A stretch of DNA of 64,000 bases, taken from positions 13,633-77,632 of the forward strand of contig JAPLSY010000088.1 in NCBI GenBank assembly GCA_026398415.1, given 5' to 3'. Made by a program: the position numbers and the translations under genes. This DNA comes from Kiritimatiellota bacterium (GTDB lineage Bacteria > Verrucomicrobiota > Kiritimatiellia > JAAZAB01). A model generated the notes under the pieces. The model saw nothing but the letters and a program-made list of their open reading frames with translations. It searched no databases and was not told the origin of the DNA. This document shows, one piece after another, positions 18,556 through 28,161 of this stretch; within the stretch, counting starts at the first letter, position 1, and each line of letters opens with the position of its first letter.

Positions 18556-19230
18556 TTAAGTTTTGTCCAGATTTTCAACGGATTCCGGCAAGATCAGGAA
18601 AAGCCCAAGTTGCCAAAGCAGCACCGCCGAAAAAATGGCCCACTGCAAAACCGGAAAATTCGACATGAAAGGTATAATGAGCGCAAAATAGAATACAATC
18701 AAAAAAAGGATGAAAAATTGCCCCAAAGAAGGCCACGATTCTTTGTTGCGTAATTTCAGGGATAAAATAAGGAAGGATAGCCCCATGGCACTGCCCAAAC
18801 CACCGTAGGCCATCTTAGCCCCAAAGTCGTGTATCATTTGCATCGCATGTCCGCTTCCTTCCGGGCAAATCCCGACCAGGCTGAACCCGATTCCGCCGAC
18901 ACAGCCGCTGAATAAAAAGAGACGCGCCAAGAAGGCATGACGCCCCAGCAAGCGGCGGTACGCAAAAATGAAATATAAGATAAAGAAAAGGCCGGCGATC
19001 CCCGTGCTGATAATAAAAAACCAGCCACCGACCGGATTCAGGCTGATGTTTCCCTGCCGGCTGATGCGATAGACATCAATGCAATATCCGTTGTCCATGG
19101 GATAGAACGCCCGGGCAATGGCCCAACAGCAGAGTAGAAGAAATATGACGGGAAGGTAAAGTGCGGCAAATTTCTTTTTGTGCCACCGCCCGGTGATTAA
19201 TCCATGCCAATCGAATGCCATATATAGCAC
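18556..19230 (-). CDS. Polytopic membrane protein of unknown function (about 6 TM)
   Basis: Hydrophobic segments throughout. No recognisable motif. Confidence 0.4.
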   Translation of the reverse strand: MLYMAFDWHGLITGRWHKKKFAALYLPVIFLLLCCWAIARAFYPMDNGYCIDVYRISRQGNISLNPVGGWFFIISTGIAGLFFILYFIFAYRRLLGRHAFLARLFLFSGCVGGIGFSLVGICPEGSGHAMQMIHDFGAKMAYGGLGSAMGLSFLILSLKLRNKESWPSLGQFFILFLIVFYFALIIPFMSNFPVLQWAIFSAVLLWQLGLFLILPESVENLDKT

Positions 19231-19504
19231 CTTGATTTTGCGCGAACATCCACGTTTCAGCGATTGTTTTCAGGCAGGCAGTGCCTAATGCCACCAATGA
19301 ATACACAATAGCTTGCCCTTCACGAATACAACAAGAAGAAAAAACGTCTTATTTGAACCGCTGCCTCAAAAATCTCGGCTGAACCACATGACGGAGCCCT
19401 GTCGCCGGCGGTTGCCCTTTGACTTGGGGAATGTTTCCTTGATCTCATCAGCTGAATCAGTGTAATCTGCACAGCTTCAGTGGCCGGCTCAGGTGGCTGA
19501 GTAG

Positions 19505-20392
19505 TTGCGAACTTTAAACCTCAATAACCAAGGATTTATGAATAACCCCTATCAACAATTTGTGGCGACCTATGCGCGGTTAGTCGGTGAACAATACCCG
19601 CTGGGAACCGCCAGTCCCTGCCCCCGTGTCATCATCCCGCGGGAAGCCCCGTGCGTGCTGCTGTTTTCGCCGCATCCGGATGACGAGTGCATTACCGGCG
19701 CCTTGCCCTTGCGGCTCATGCGCGAACGCAAGCTGAACGTGATCAATGTGGCCGTGACCCAGGGCAGTCGCAAGGACCGGCAGGATGAACGCCTGGCGGA
19801 ACTGCGCCAGGCTTGCGATTACCTGGGCTGGGGCGTGCTCCAGACGGCGGAACGGGGCCTGGAAAAAATCAACCTGGCAAACCGGGAACAGAATCCGGCC
19901 GCCTGGGCGGAGATGGTCGGTGTGGTCGCCGAAATTTTGAGGAAAAAACAGCCGCGCCTGATTTTTGTGCCGCACGAAAAGGACTGGAACAGCACCCATG
20001 TGGGCACGCATTATCTGGTCAACGATGCGCTCAAAACCATGGGAGAAAGTTTCTGCTGTGGCGTGTGCGAGACGGAATTCTGGGCGCCCATGGGCAATCC
20101 CGATCTGATGATCGAGTCCAGCGTGGCGGATGTGACCGACCTGGTCACGGCTTTGTCGTTCCATGTGGGCGAAGTCAGCCGCAATCCGTACCATGTGCGC
20201 CTGCCGGCCTGGATGCAGGATAATGTCCGCCGGGGCGGGGAATTGGTGGGTGGGCAGGGGGGGGATGCGCCCACTTTTGCCTTTGCCACGCTGTACCGGT
20301 TTCGATCCTGGATCCACGGTAAATACAAGAAGGCCGACAAGCACGGCAAATTTGTGTCGTGTAACGATAATCTGGAAAATATACTTGGCTGA
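19505..20392 (+). CDS. PIG-L/LmbE-family N-acetylglucosaminyl deacetylase
   Basis: Canonical LLFSPHPDDECITGA motif, and HEKDWNSTHVGTHYL (second His motif). Confidence 0.8.
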   Translation: MRTLNLNNQGFMNNPYQQFVATYARLVGEQYPLGTASPCPRVIIPREAPCVLLFSPHPDDECITGALPLRLMRERKLNVINVAVTQGSRKDRQDERLAELRQACDYLGWGVLQTAERGLEKINLANREQNPAAWAEMVGVVAEILRKKQPRLIFVPHEKDWNSTHVGTHYLVNDALKTMGESFCCGVCETEFWAPMGNPDLMIESSVADVTDLVTALSFHVGEVSRNPYHVRLPAWMQDNVRRGGELVGGQGGDAPTFAFATLYRFRSWIHGKYKKADKHGKFVSCNDNLENILG

Positions 20393-21781
20393 GTGTCCAC
20401 TTTAAGGGAGGTTGTCATGCAAGCAGGGTTGGCCCGAATTGAAATTACGCCGTCAGGACCGATTCGAATGGAAGGCATGCTGCGCGCACACGACTCGACC
20501 GGCGTGCACGACCCGATTTTTGCGAAAGCCCTGGTGCTGTCCAACGGGCCGCAACCGGCCGATGCTTTTGCCATTGTTGCTTTGGATGTCTGCGCGATGT
20601 CGGCGGAGAGTTGCCGTACGATCCGGGCCCTGGCGGAAAAAAGGACCGGCATTCCCTTTGACCGGATTATTGTGGCGGCCAAACACAATCACTCCGGACC
20701 GGCCACCCGGGATCCCGAGAATGCCACGACAAGCACGTCCCAATACAATCACTCCACACCGGCCGACCGGGATAGCCAAAACGAGCGCGAAAAAGACTAT
20801 GTCCAGAGTTTGGTTAAGAAGGTGGTGGCGGTGATCGAAGAGGCGGCCGGCCGCCTGGAACCGGTGGCCATCGGCTGCGCCTCGGGACGCGAGGAGACCA
20901 TCAGTCATTACCGCAGACTGCTGGCGGATGATGGGCATGTGGTCATGAATTGGGAACCGTGGCCGGCGGAGCGCATTGTCCGCCCGCTGGGGGTGATTGA
21001 TCCGGAAGTGGGCGTCTTGAAAATTGTGTCGGCGGACGGGCAGAATCGTCTGCTGGGGGTGCTGTTCAATCATGCGGGGCATCCGAACGTGATGTCGGGT
21101 GACAATTACCTGATCACGCCGGATTATCCCGGGCGCGCCGAGGTTTTGTTGGAAGAAAAGTGTGGCGGGCTGGCGATTTTTGTCAACGGTGCGCAGGGGA
21201 CAATGGATATTGACGGGTTGCGCGACCGCGATTGGGCGGGGATAGAGCGGGTCGGCGGCGCACTGGCAGAGGCTGTGGCGGGAACCCTGACAGCGGTTGC
21301 GCCGCGGGCGACGAGCCGCCTGCGGCGCGGAGCGTGCCATTATACCGTGCCGGCGCGCAAGATTTCAGACGAGGAAAAAACCTGGGCGGAAACGATCGTC
21401 AAACAAACGGGCGGAGTAGTGAAACCGGTGGCCGACGGGGTGGGGGACGATTACAAGGCCAATCTGTTCCTGCGCTTATGGAAAGCGCAGGATCAGGCGA
21501 TTGACCTGGAGCAAACCTGCCTGGCCGTGGATGATTGCGCGTTCATCAGTTTCCCGGGCGAGTTGTTCACTGAAATCGGTCAGCGGATCAAGGCGGCCAG
21601 CCCATTCCGCCACACCTATATTCTCGGATTGGCCAACGGCAGCATTGGTTATGTGCCGACCCGCGAGGCCATTCGACAGGGCGGCTATGAGCCGCTGGTG
21701 CGTCGCGTGGATGACAGCGCGGCCGAAATCATCGAGGAACAAAGCCTGGCCCTGCTCCGCCGCGTCCATGGGTTGGCGTGA
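20393..21781 (+). CDS. Neutral/alkaline ceramidase-like hydrolase (N-terminal domain family)
   Basis: N-terminal AGLARIEITPSGPIRMEGMLRAHDSTGVHDPIFAKALVL resembles the start of the neutral ceramidase domain. Contains an in-frame 60-bp internal duplication (20684-20803). Confidence 0.45.
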   Translation: MSTLREVVMQAGLARIEITPSGPIRMEGMLRAHDSTGVHDPIFAKALVLSNGPQPADAFAIVALDVCAMSAESCRTIRALAEKRTGIPFDRIIVAAKHNHSGPATRDPENATTSTSQYNHSTPADRDSQNEREKDYVQSLVKKVVAVIEEAAGRLEPVAIGCASGREETISHYRRLLADDGHVVMNWEPWPAERIVRPLGVIDPEVGVLKIVSADGQNRLLGVLFNHAGHPNVMSGDNYLITPDYPGRAEVLLEEKCGGLAIFVNGAQGTMDIDGLRDRDWAGIERVGGALAEAVAGTLTAVAPRATSRLRRGACHYTVPARKISDEEKTWAETIVKQTGGVVKPVADGVGDDYKANLFLRLWKAQDQAIDLEQTCLAVDDCAFISFPGELFTEIGQRIKAASPFRHTYILGLANGSIGYVPTREAIRQGGYEPLVRRVDDSAAEIIEEQSLALLRRVHGLA

Positions 21782-21823
21782 CACCGCGAGCGCCATCAGC
21801 TGCCATCTGCGCCCCGGCCGGCA

Positions 21824-22462
21824 TTACCGCCCGGAATCTGCGGCAACGGTTGGACGATAACGCCGGTCGTTGATTTCATCAAGGTCGCTGAAACCGTCTC
21901 CATCGGAATCCACACGGAGCGGATTGGTCTGCCAGGTATGGATCTCATCGTAATCGGGAATACCGTCGCCATCCGTGTCGATTGCCACCGTCACCCGCAC
22001 CTTAAGTTCTCCGCTCATGCCTGAAGGCAGGGAGAAATTGTTGCGGAACTTCAGCTCGCCGGAACTACCCGCCACCACATTGGTCTCCTGGCCGATGAAG
22101 TAGGCCATGTTCGTCTGATTGCCGATCCGCATCAGGAGTGCGCAGGCCGGCGCATTGACACCCAGATGGTTCTTCATGGTATCCGGGTTGCCTGCTGCCC
22201 CATATTTGGCGAAGGAATCGCTCCATTGGCCGATGGCGACACAATGAATAATGTTGTCTTTGTTGGCGGATATCCCGCTGGGTTGCCATAGCTGGTTGGC
22301 CTGCACGGTGACCAGATGCTCTTCCGGTCGGTCCGGATTTGCCCGGGGCGTCGCGCAACCGGCGATGGCCAGGCCCAGCAGAAGGAAATAACGTGGAGTG
22401 TTAAGCGTGGAGCGGGGAGCGCAGAACGTACAGCGGAAACCATTAAATAATCTGTTGTACAT
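21824..22462 (-). CDS. Lipoprotein with C-terminal Ca-binding TSP3-like Asp-rich repeats (DTDGDGIPDYDE / DSDGDGFSDLDE)
   Basis: Signal peptide plus lipobox (LLGLAIAGC). Two calcium-binding-type D-x-D-x-D-G repeats. Confidence 0.5.
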   Translation of the reverse strand: MYNRLFNGFRCTFCAPRSTLNTPRYFLLLGLAIAGCATPRANPDRPEEHLVTVQANQLWQPSGISANKDNIIHCVAIGQWSDSFAKYGAAGNPDTMKNHLGVNAPACALLMRIGNQTNMAYFIGQETNVVAGSSGELKFRNNFSLPSGMSGELKVRVTVAIDTDGDGIPDYDEIHTWQTNPLRVDSDGDGFSDLDEINDRRYRPTVAADSGR

Positions 22463-22492
22463 ATCCGTTTCCGCTCTATTCCACAGCTTCCA

Positions 22493-23569
22493 TCATCCGT
22501 TTTTCCGTTCGAATTCCTTCATGAACGCCACCAGGGCTTCGACGCCTTCCACGGGGCAGGCGTTGTAAAGCGAGGCCCGAATACCGCCCACGGAACGATG
22601 TCCTTTCAGGCCTTTCAGTCCCTGCTTGGATGCTTCCTTGACGAACGTTTCTTCCAGCGCTTCATTGGGCAACCGGAAGGTGATGTTCATATCAGAGCGG
22701 CACTCGCGCCGGGCCGTCCCCTTATAAAATCCGCCGGCATCCAGCAGGGCATAGATCAGGCCGGCCTTATCCACGTTTTGACGATGTAATGAGCCCAAGC
22801 CCTTTTTAAGGATCCAGCGCGAAACCAGCATCATGATATAAATGCTGAAACAGGGCGGGGTATTGTAAAGCGAATTTTCCTCAATAAACGTTTTATAGCG
22901 CAAAATAGTCGGCACTGCGGGCGCGGCTCGTTCGGCCAAATCCTTGCGGATCACCACCAGGGCTATGCCGGAAGGCCCCAGGTTCTTCTGGGCGCCGGCA
23001 TAGACCAGTCCGAATTGGTTGATGTCAAAGGGGCGCGAGAGGATGTCCGACGACATATCCGCCACGAGCGGGGATGCGGTTTTTGGGAATATTTTCCATT
23101 GGGCGCCGGAAATCGTTTCATTCGATGTCAGGTGAACATAGGCGGCGCCGGGGGTCAGCTTGAATTCGGCCGGGGCGGGAACGCGCGTGGGGATTTCCTT
23201 GCCGCAATCGGCGGCGACGTGTACCTGGCCGATATGAGCGGCTTCCTTGATCGCCTTGCCGGCCCAAGCCCCGGAATTAAGGTAATCGGCTGTCTGGCCC
23301 ACGCCCAGCAAATTCAGGGGTACCATGGCGAACTGCATGCTGGCGCCGCCGGCCACGAACAGCACGGCATAGTCATCGGAACAGCCCAGCAATTGCTTGT
23401 AGTTAGCCACGGCCTCGGAATGCACCGCGTCGTATTCCTTGGCACGGTGACTGCTCTCCAGGATGGACATACCGGAGCCTTTGAAATCCAGCAATTCGCG
23501 CTGGGCTTCCTGCAGGACTTCTGACGGTAGCACGGCGGGGCCGGCATTGAAATTATAGACACGTGACAT
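22493..23569 (-). CDS. serC: Phosphoserine aminotransferase
   Basis: MSRVYNFNAGPAVLPSEVLQEAQRELLDFKGSGMSILESSHR..., full-length class V aminotransferase SerC pattern. Confidence 0.9.
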   Translation of the reverse strand: MSRVYNFNAGPAVLPSEVLQEAQRELLDFKGSGMSILESSHRAKEYDAVHSEAVANYKQLLGCSDDYAVLFVAGGASMQFAMVPLNLLGVGQTADYLNSGAWAGKAIKEAAHIGQVHVAADCGKEIPTRVPAPAEFKLTPGAAYVHLTSNETISGAQWKIFPKTASPLVADMSSDILSRPFDINQFGLVYAGAQKNLGPSGIALVVIRKDLAERAAPAVPTILRYKTFIEENSLYNTPPCFSIYIMMLVSRWILKKGLGSLHRQNVDKAGLIYALLDAGGFYKGTARRECRSDMNITFRLPNEALEETFVKEASKQGLKGLKGHRSVGGIRASLYNACPVEGVEALVAFMKEFERKNG

Positions 23570-23707
23570 GGCAGCCTCCTTCTTATTAATTTATGATTGC
23601 GGATTTATGATTGCTGATTACTGACCTCTGAATTATTGCGAGAAGTTGATGGAATGCAAGTGGCATCTTCCTATAGTCTTCAGCCTGCAGTCTATATTGC
23701 TGAGTAG

Positions 23708-25456
23708 CTACAGCCGGAAAACTGCTCCCAGCCGTTGGCCCAGCAGGCGATTGGCCAGCAGCAGGGTGATGCCGAGGAATAACATGGACCAGACGCCGAG
23801 CGCGGCCGCCAGGTAAGGACCGTTACCAAGCACTTGGAACAATTCAAAGAGCGCCTTGGTTATGGGATAATAGGCCTGCTTCTGGGCCAGCATCAGCGAA
23901 TCCGAAACCTCCAGCATGGCAAAGCTGAAGGCCAATAGGCCACCGGCCATCAGGTTGGCGCTGATCAAGGGCAAGGTGATGCGGGTGATGGTTCGCACCG
24001 GCGGACAGCCGAGATTTTCGGCCGCTTCTTCCAACGATACCGAAATCTGTTGCAGACCGGCCACCGCTGCACGCACCACATAAGGCAGGCGGCGCACCGC
24101 ATAGGCGATGATCAGCAGGAAGGTCGGATTATCGGTCGGATTGAGGCCCTCAAACAGCCGTCCGGGCTGGCTCATGGTGATATAGCCGAATGCCAGCACA
24201 ATGCCGGGGACCGCCAGCGGGAGCATAATCAGCGTATCCAGTGCGCCACGCCAGTGCAAGGAACTACGCACAATGACCACCGCCGCGGCGACTCCCAGGA
24301 TCAGGTCGGCGCCCATGGCCAGCAGGGCATAAAAACAACTATTACGGATGCTGGGCAGGGTGAGGCCATGTCCGAGCGCCTGGCGATACCATTCGAGGGT
24401 CCATTGCGAGGGCGCCACGGAACGGTACCAGGCCTGGCTGAAACTTGTGAGGATCACGCCGATATGCGGCAGGATCGCCAGCAGGAACACGATCGCAAAA
24501 AGACCGAACGCCGCGCCGGCACGCGCGCCGCGCAGCTGTTGCATACTTCCCGCGGTGCTTCCCTTGGCCATCATCGCGTAGCCGGAGCGGCCGAACACGC
24601 CTTTGCCGAGAGCATAGAACCCGGCCGAAGCCACCAGCATGACCACGACCAGCGCATACGGCAATGGGCTGTCGCCGATATCCTGGATGCCGTTATAAAT
24701 CTGCACGGCGGTCACCCGCAGATAGTCGAACATGAGCGGCGTGCCCAACTCGGTAAACGACCAGATAAAGACCAGGGTGCCCCCGGCAAACAGGCCGGGC
24801 ATGATCAACGGCAGGGTGATGCGCCGGAAACGTTGCCAGCCGGCGCACCCCATGTTTTCAGCCGCTTCTTCCAGCGTTGGGTCCACATTGGCGATGGCCG
24901 CCACGGCGTTGAGATAAAAAATGGGATACAGGTGCAGGGCCTCTGTGATAGCCACTGCCCAGAACCGGCCGCGGCCCAGCCAGTCAACGGTTTGGGACCA
25001 GTCCATCAAATGCAGATTGACCAGCACGGCGTTAATTACGCCGTAATGTCCCAGGATCTGGCGGATGCCGATGACGCCCACAAACGGCGGCAGGATCATG
25101 GGCAGAAGAATCAGGCCGGTCAGCCAGGTTTTGCCCCAAAAATCGAACCGCGCCGCCAGTATCGCCAGCGGCAGGGCCATGCACACCACCAGTCCCGTTG
25201 TGACGATGGCCAGGGCCAGGCTGTTGAGCAGGCCTTCAATGTAAAGCGGGTTTTGAACGAGTTCCCTGAAAATGGCCAGGGTCCACTGGCGGTTGAACAC
25301 GAAGGCGCTTTTCACCGTCAGCGCCAGCGGCCAGAAAAAAAACAGGCCCAGCAGGCTCAGAATGGCCGCCGCGATCAGTATGGCGCCGGTGTTTTTCATG
25401 GCATCTCCGCCAGGGCCCGGGCTTGCCGGTACTGGTTCCTGAAAAAAAGGACCCAT
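23708..25456 (-). CDS. ABC transporter permease, fused two-domain type (FbpB/ThiP-like; iron(III)/thiamine-type family)
   Basis: About 12 TM, with two copies of the binding-protein-dependent inner-membrane component signature (EAAENMGCAGWQRFRRITLPL / EAAENLGCPPVRTITRITLPL). Confidence 0.8.
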   Translation of the reverse strand: MGPFFQEPVPASPGPGGDAMKNTGAILIAAAILSLLGLFFFWPLALTVKSAFVFNRQWTLAIFRELVQNPLYIEGLLNSLALAIVTTGLVVCMALPLAILAARFDFWGKTWLTGLILLPMILPPFVGVIGIRQILGHYGVINAVLVNLHLMDWSQTVDWLGRGRFWAVAITEALHLYPIFYLNAVAAIANVDPTLEEAAENMGCAGWQRFRRITLPLIMPGLFAGGTLVFIWSFTELGTPLMFDYLRVTAVQIYNGIQDIGDSPLPYALVVVMLVASAGFYALGKGVFGRSGYAMMAKGSTAGSMQQLRGARAGAAFGLFAIVFLLAILPHIGVILTSFSQAWYRSVAPSQWTLEWYRQALGHGLTLPSIRNSCFYALLAMGADLILGVAAAVVIVRSSLHWRGALDTLIMLPLAVPGIVLAFGYITMSQPGRLFEGLNPTDNPTFLLIIAYAVRRLPYVVRAAVAGLQQISVSLEEAAENLGCPPVRTITRITLPLISANLMAGGLLAFSFAMLEVSDSLMLAQKQAYYPITKALFELFQVLGNGPYLAAALGVWSMLFLGITLLLANRLLGQRLGAVFRL

Positions 25457-26958
25457 TCCCGCACCAGCCGCGCTTCGGTTAATTTATCATCCAGTTGCCG
25501 GGCTGTGATTGCCAGGGCTTGGGGGTATTCCGCGTTGGGCGGCAGGGCCATGAAGGCGGCAAAAGCGTCCGGACAGGCGGCCGGCCCGCCGTTACGGTTG
25601 ATGGCCTCCCAGGCGCTGGCCAGTTCCGCATGCGTGTCAATGCACACTGTTCGAATCAATGTTCGGATGAGCGCAAACAGCGGTCCGGTCCAGGCGGCCT
25701 GATACGTGAAATCGCGACCCTGCGTATAGGGCAGGGCGGTTGGATCGGACATCGTCTGCAGAAAGGGCGGCGCATACATATCTTTGCGGATCGGGAGCCG
25801 GCGCAGGGCATAGCGTTCTGGACCGCCGCTCTCGCCCACGCGCGTGTTCCAGAGCTGTTGTCCTTCCGGGCTTAGGCAGAAATCAATGAACCGCTCCGCC
25901 AGTTCGCGATGCGGGGCGCCCCGCACGAGACTGATCGGATCCACCGATACGGAGGAGCCACCGCTGGGCGTGATATAAATCATACGATGGGACCGTTCGT
26001 TGCGGGCAATCATTTCACTTTCAAAACGTCCGTAAAAATCAATGCACATGCCGGCGGCCGCGGCGCCCTGGGCGACATCGAGCGGCACTTTGCTGGCGGC
26101 GTCGGTAAAGTAACGGGCATTGGCGCCGATCTGGCGGATGACCCCGAATGCGCGTCGCCACCCGGCGGCAAACGCCGCTGGTGCGGCCAGAGCCGCCAGT
26201 GCGGCCGACGCCTCCGGTGCGGCCCGGTCGGCCGGAATACCGCGTTTGGTTAGTTCAGCCCGCATTTGCTCCTGGATCAGCATTTCAAACGCTTTGTTGA
26301 TGGACCCGCTTTTGGTGGGATCGGCCAGCGCCACCAGGCGGTAATAGCTGAAATCGGCCAGGTCGGTCCAGCTTTGCGGCGCCCGGAGGATGCCGTGGTC
26401 CGTGAGCACATCCTGATTCCAGCAGATGCCGAAACTGCTGAGACAGCATCCGTACCAGCGGTCATCCGGATCGTAAAACGCCTCGCCGGAAAATGTGGAT
26501 GGGATGATGGCGTCGGTCAACCATTCCGGATGACGCTGGCGCAGGCCACAGGGGGATGTATGCCCTTTGCGGGCTTGCTGGGCATGGTCGTACGCTCCGC
26601 CGCCGAAGAATAAATCAATGCCGATGCCGTTGCGGTCCACTCGCTCGGCGGCGGCAAATTCGCTGTCGAGATACCGGACAATTTCACTGGTGCCGCCGAT
26701 GTTCCGCCAATCGATCGCCACGGCTTCGCCGAAACGTGCGCGGTGCCAGCGGCGAAAGGCCCGTTCGAATTCATAGCGCACGGCTTCATTATGCGGGCTC
26801 ATGATTACGAGCGTGCGGGCGCCGTTGGGTGCCGCTTCGCGCTTTGGCTGGAGCAGGAACGGCACCAGGAGCACGAGGGCCAGCGCCAGGAATAGTAAAA
26901 GGGCGGAGATGTTGGGGCGGTTCATGGGAAAAAACATAAGCAAACGTCGAACGGCCAA
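25396..26958 (-). CDS. ABC transporter periplasmic substrate-binding protein
   Basis: N-terminal signal/TM, large SBP-like fold, sits between the ATPase and permease genes. The annotated start overlaps the permease by 61 nt; the true start is probably later. Confidence 0.6.
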   Translation of the reverse strand: MAVRRLLMFFPMNRPNISALLLFLALALVLLVPFLLQPKREAAPNGARTLVIMSPHNEAVRYEFERAFRRWHRARFGEAVAIDWRNIGGTSEIVRYLDSEFAAAERVDRNGIGIDLFFGGGAYDHAQQARKGHTSPCGLRQRHPEWLTDAIIPSTFSGEAFYDPDDRWYGCCLSSFGICWNQDVLTDHGILRAPQSWTDLADFSYYRLVALADPTKSGSINKAFEMLIQEQMRAELTKRGIPADRAAPEASAALAALAAPAAFAAGWRRAFGVIRQIGANARYFTDAASKVPLDVAQGAAAAGMCIDFYGRFESEMIARNERSHRMIYITPSGGSSVSVDPISLVRGAPHRELAERFIDFCLSPEGQQLWNTRVGESGGPERYALRRLPIRKDMYAPPFLQTMSDPTALPYTQGRDFTYQAAWTGPLFALIRTLIRTVCIDTHAELASAWEAINRNGGPAACPDAFAAFMALPPNAEYPQALAITARQLDDKLTEARLVREWVLFFRNQYRQARALAEMP

Positions 26959-27063
26959 CGCTCAACTCCGAATGTCCAATGTCGAAGACCAAAAATTAAT
27001 TTTCATAGAATATGTCCTCATGATCCGGGCCGTCGTCAGGTGTCTGTCGTCCGTCGTCTATCT

Positions 27064-28161
27064 TTACTCCGCTGCCAGCACGATCACATCATCCGGATTT
27101 ACGTGGAACGGGATTTCGACCGCCGGTGCGGCCGCCGCCGGCAGGGCCGGTCCGCCGGGGATTCCCGGGCCGCTTTCCAGTGCCTTGATGACAAAACCAT
27201 CCGACATCCGGATCCAAAATTCCGTGGCTTCCCCTAAATAAATAGTTTCCGTCAGGCGCCCGGCAAAACGGTTGAGGTCCGTGCCGGAAGATGCGCGCAG
27301 GTGCAGGGCTTCGGGACGAATGGCCAGGGCAACCGCCGCACCCGGCTGAAAAGCGCCGTGCAGGTCGCGGGCCGTCCATTCACCGAAGGCCGTGGCGATG
27401 GTGACAAGGCCGTTTATCACGGCACGAACCTTGCCCGGAACCAGATTGGCGCCGCCGATAAAGTCGGCAACGAATCGGTTAGCCGGCCGCTCATACAGGT
27501 CGCGCGGCGGGCCGACCTGTTCCACGCGGCCCTGGCGCAAGATTGCGCAACGGCCCGCCATGCTCAGGGCTTCTTTCTGGTCATGGGTGACGTAGATCGT
27601 GGTGATGCCCAGCTGCTTGACCAGGCGCCGGATTTCGACGCGCATTTCCAGGCGCAGTTTGGCGTCCAGGTTGGAGAGCGGCTCATCCAGGAGCAGGCAG
27701 GCTGGATCAATAACCAGTGCCCGTGCCAGCGCGACCCGCTGTTGTTGGCCGCCGGAGAGCTGATTTGGCTTACGCCGCGCCATGTCCTCCATGTGCATGG
27801 CCTTCAGCATGCGCCCGACACGTTCCCGCCGCTCCGGCGCGGGGCAAGTTCGCCCCGGCACTGTCAGGCCGAAAGCTACGTTGTCGAATACCGTCATGTG
27901 CGGCCAGAGGGCGTAATTCTGAAACACCATGCCGGTATTGCGGCGGTGGGGCGGAAGGTCGTTGACGGGTTGTCCATTAAACAGGATGCGGCCCTCGTCG
28001 GGGGCGCAAAAACCCGCGACCATGCGCAGGAGCGTGGTCTTACCACAGCCGGAAGGTCCCAGCAGGAAAAAACATTCGCCGTCGCGGATTTCCAGGGACA
28101 CGCCATCCACGGCCGTAACGGTGTCAAACCTTTTGACGATGGACTGGAGGGAGAGATTCAT
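27064..28161 (-). CDS. ABC transporter ATP-binding protein (PotA/FbpC-like, with C-terminal TOBE-like domain)
   Basis: Walker A GPSGCGKTT, signature LSGGQQQRVALARAL, Walker B LLLDEPLSNLD. Confidence 0.85.
   Translation of the reverse strand: MNLSLQSIVKRFDTVTAVDGVSLEIRDGECFFLLGPSGCGKTTLLRMVAGFCAPDEGRILFNGQPVNDLPPHRRNTGMVFQNYALWPHMTVFDNVAFGLTVPGRTCPAPERRERVGRMLKAMHMEDMARRKPNQLSGGQQQRVALARALVIDPACLLLDEPLSNLDAKLRLEMRVEIRRLVKQLGITTIYVTHDQKEALSMAGRCAILRQGRVEQVGPPRDLYERPANRFVADFIGGANLVPGKVRAVINGLVTIATAFGEWTARDLHGAFQPGAAVALAIRPEALHLRASSGTDLNRFAGRLTETIYLGEATEFWIRMSDGFVIKALESGPGIPGGPALPAAAAPAVEIPFHVNPDDVIVLAAE

Noticed and set aside
24050-25702. 550-aa plus-strand ORF antisense to the ABC permease and SBP genes. 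Also similar long antisense ORFs at 11671..12720, 16060..16731, 19580..20344, 20453..21340, 38427..39452 and 41604..42353.
   Set aside because: Typical high-GC antisense open frames. The proteins are Arg/Gly/His-rich low complexity, while the opposite strand encodes proteins with clear conserved motifs.
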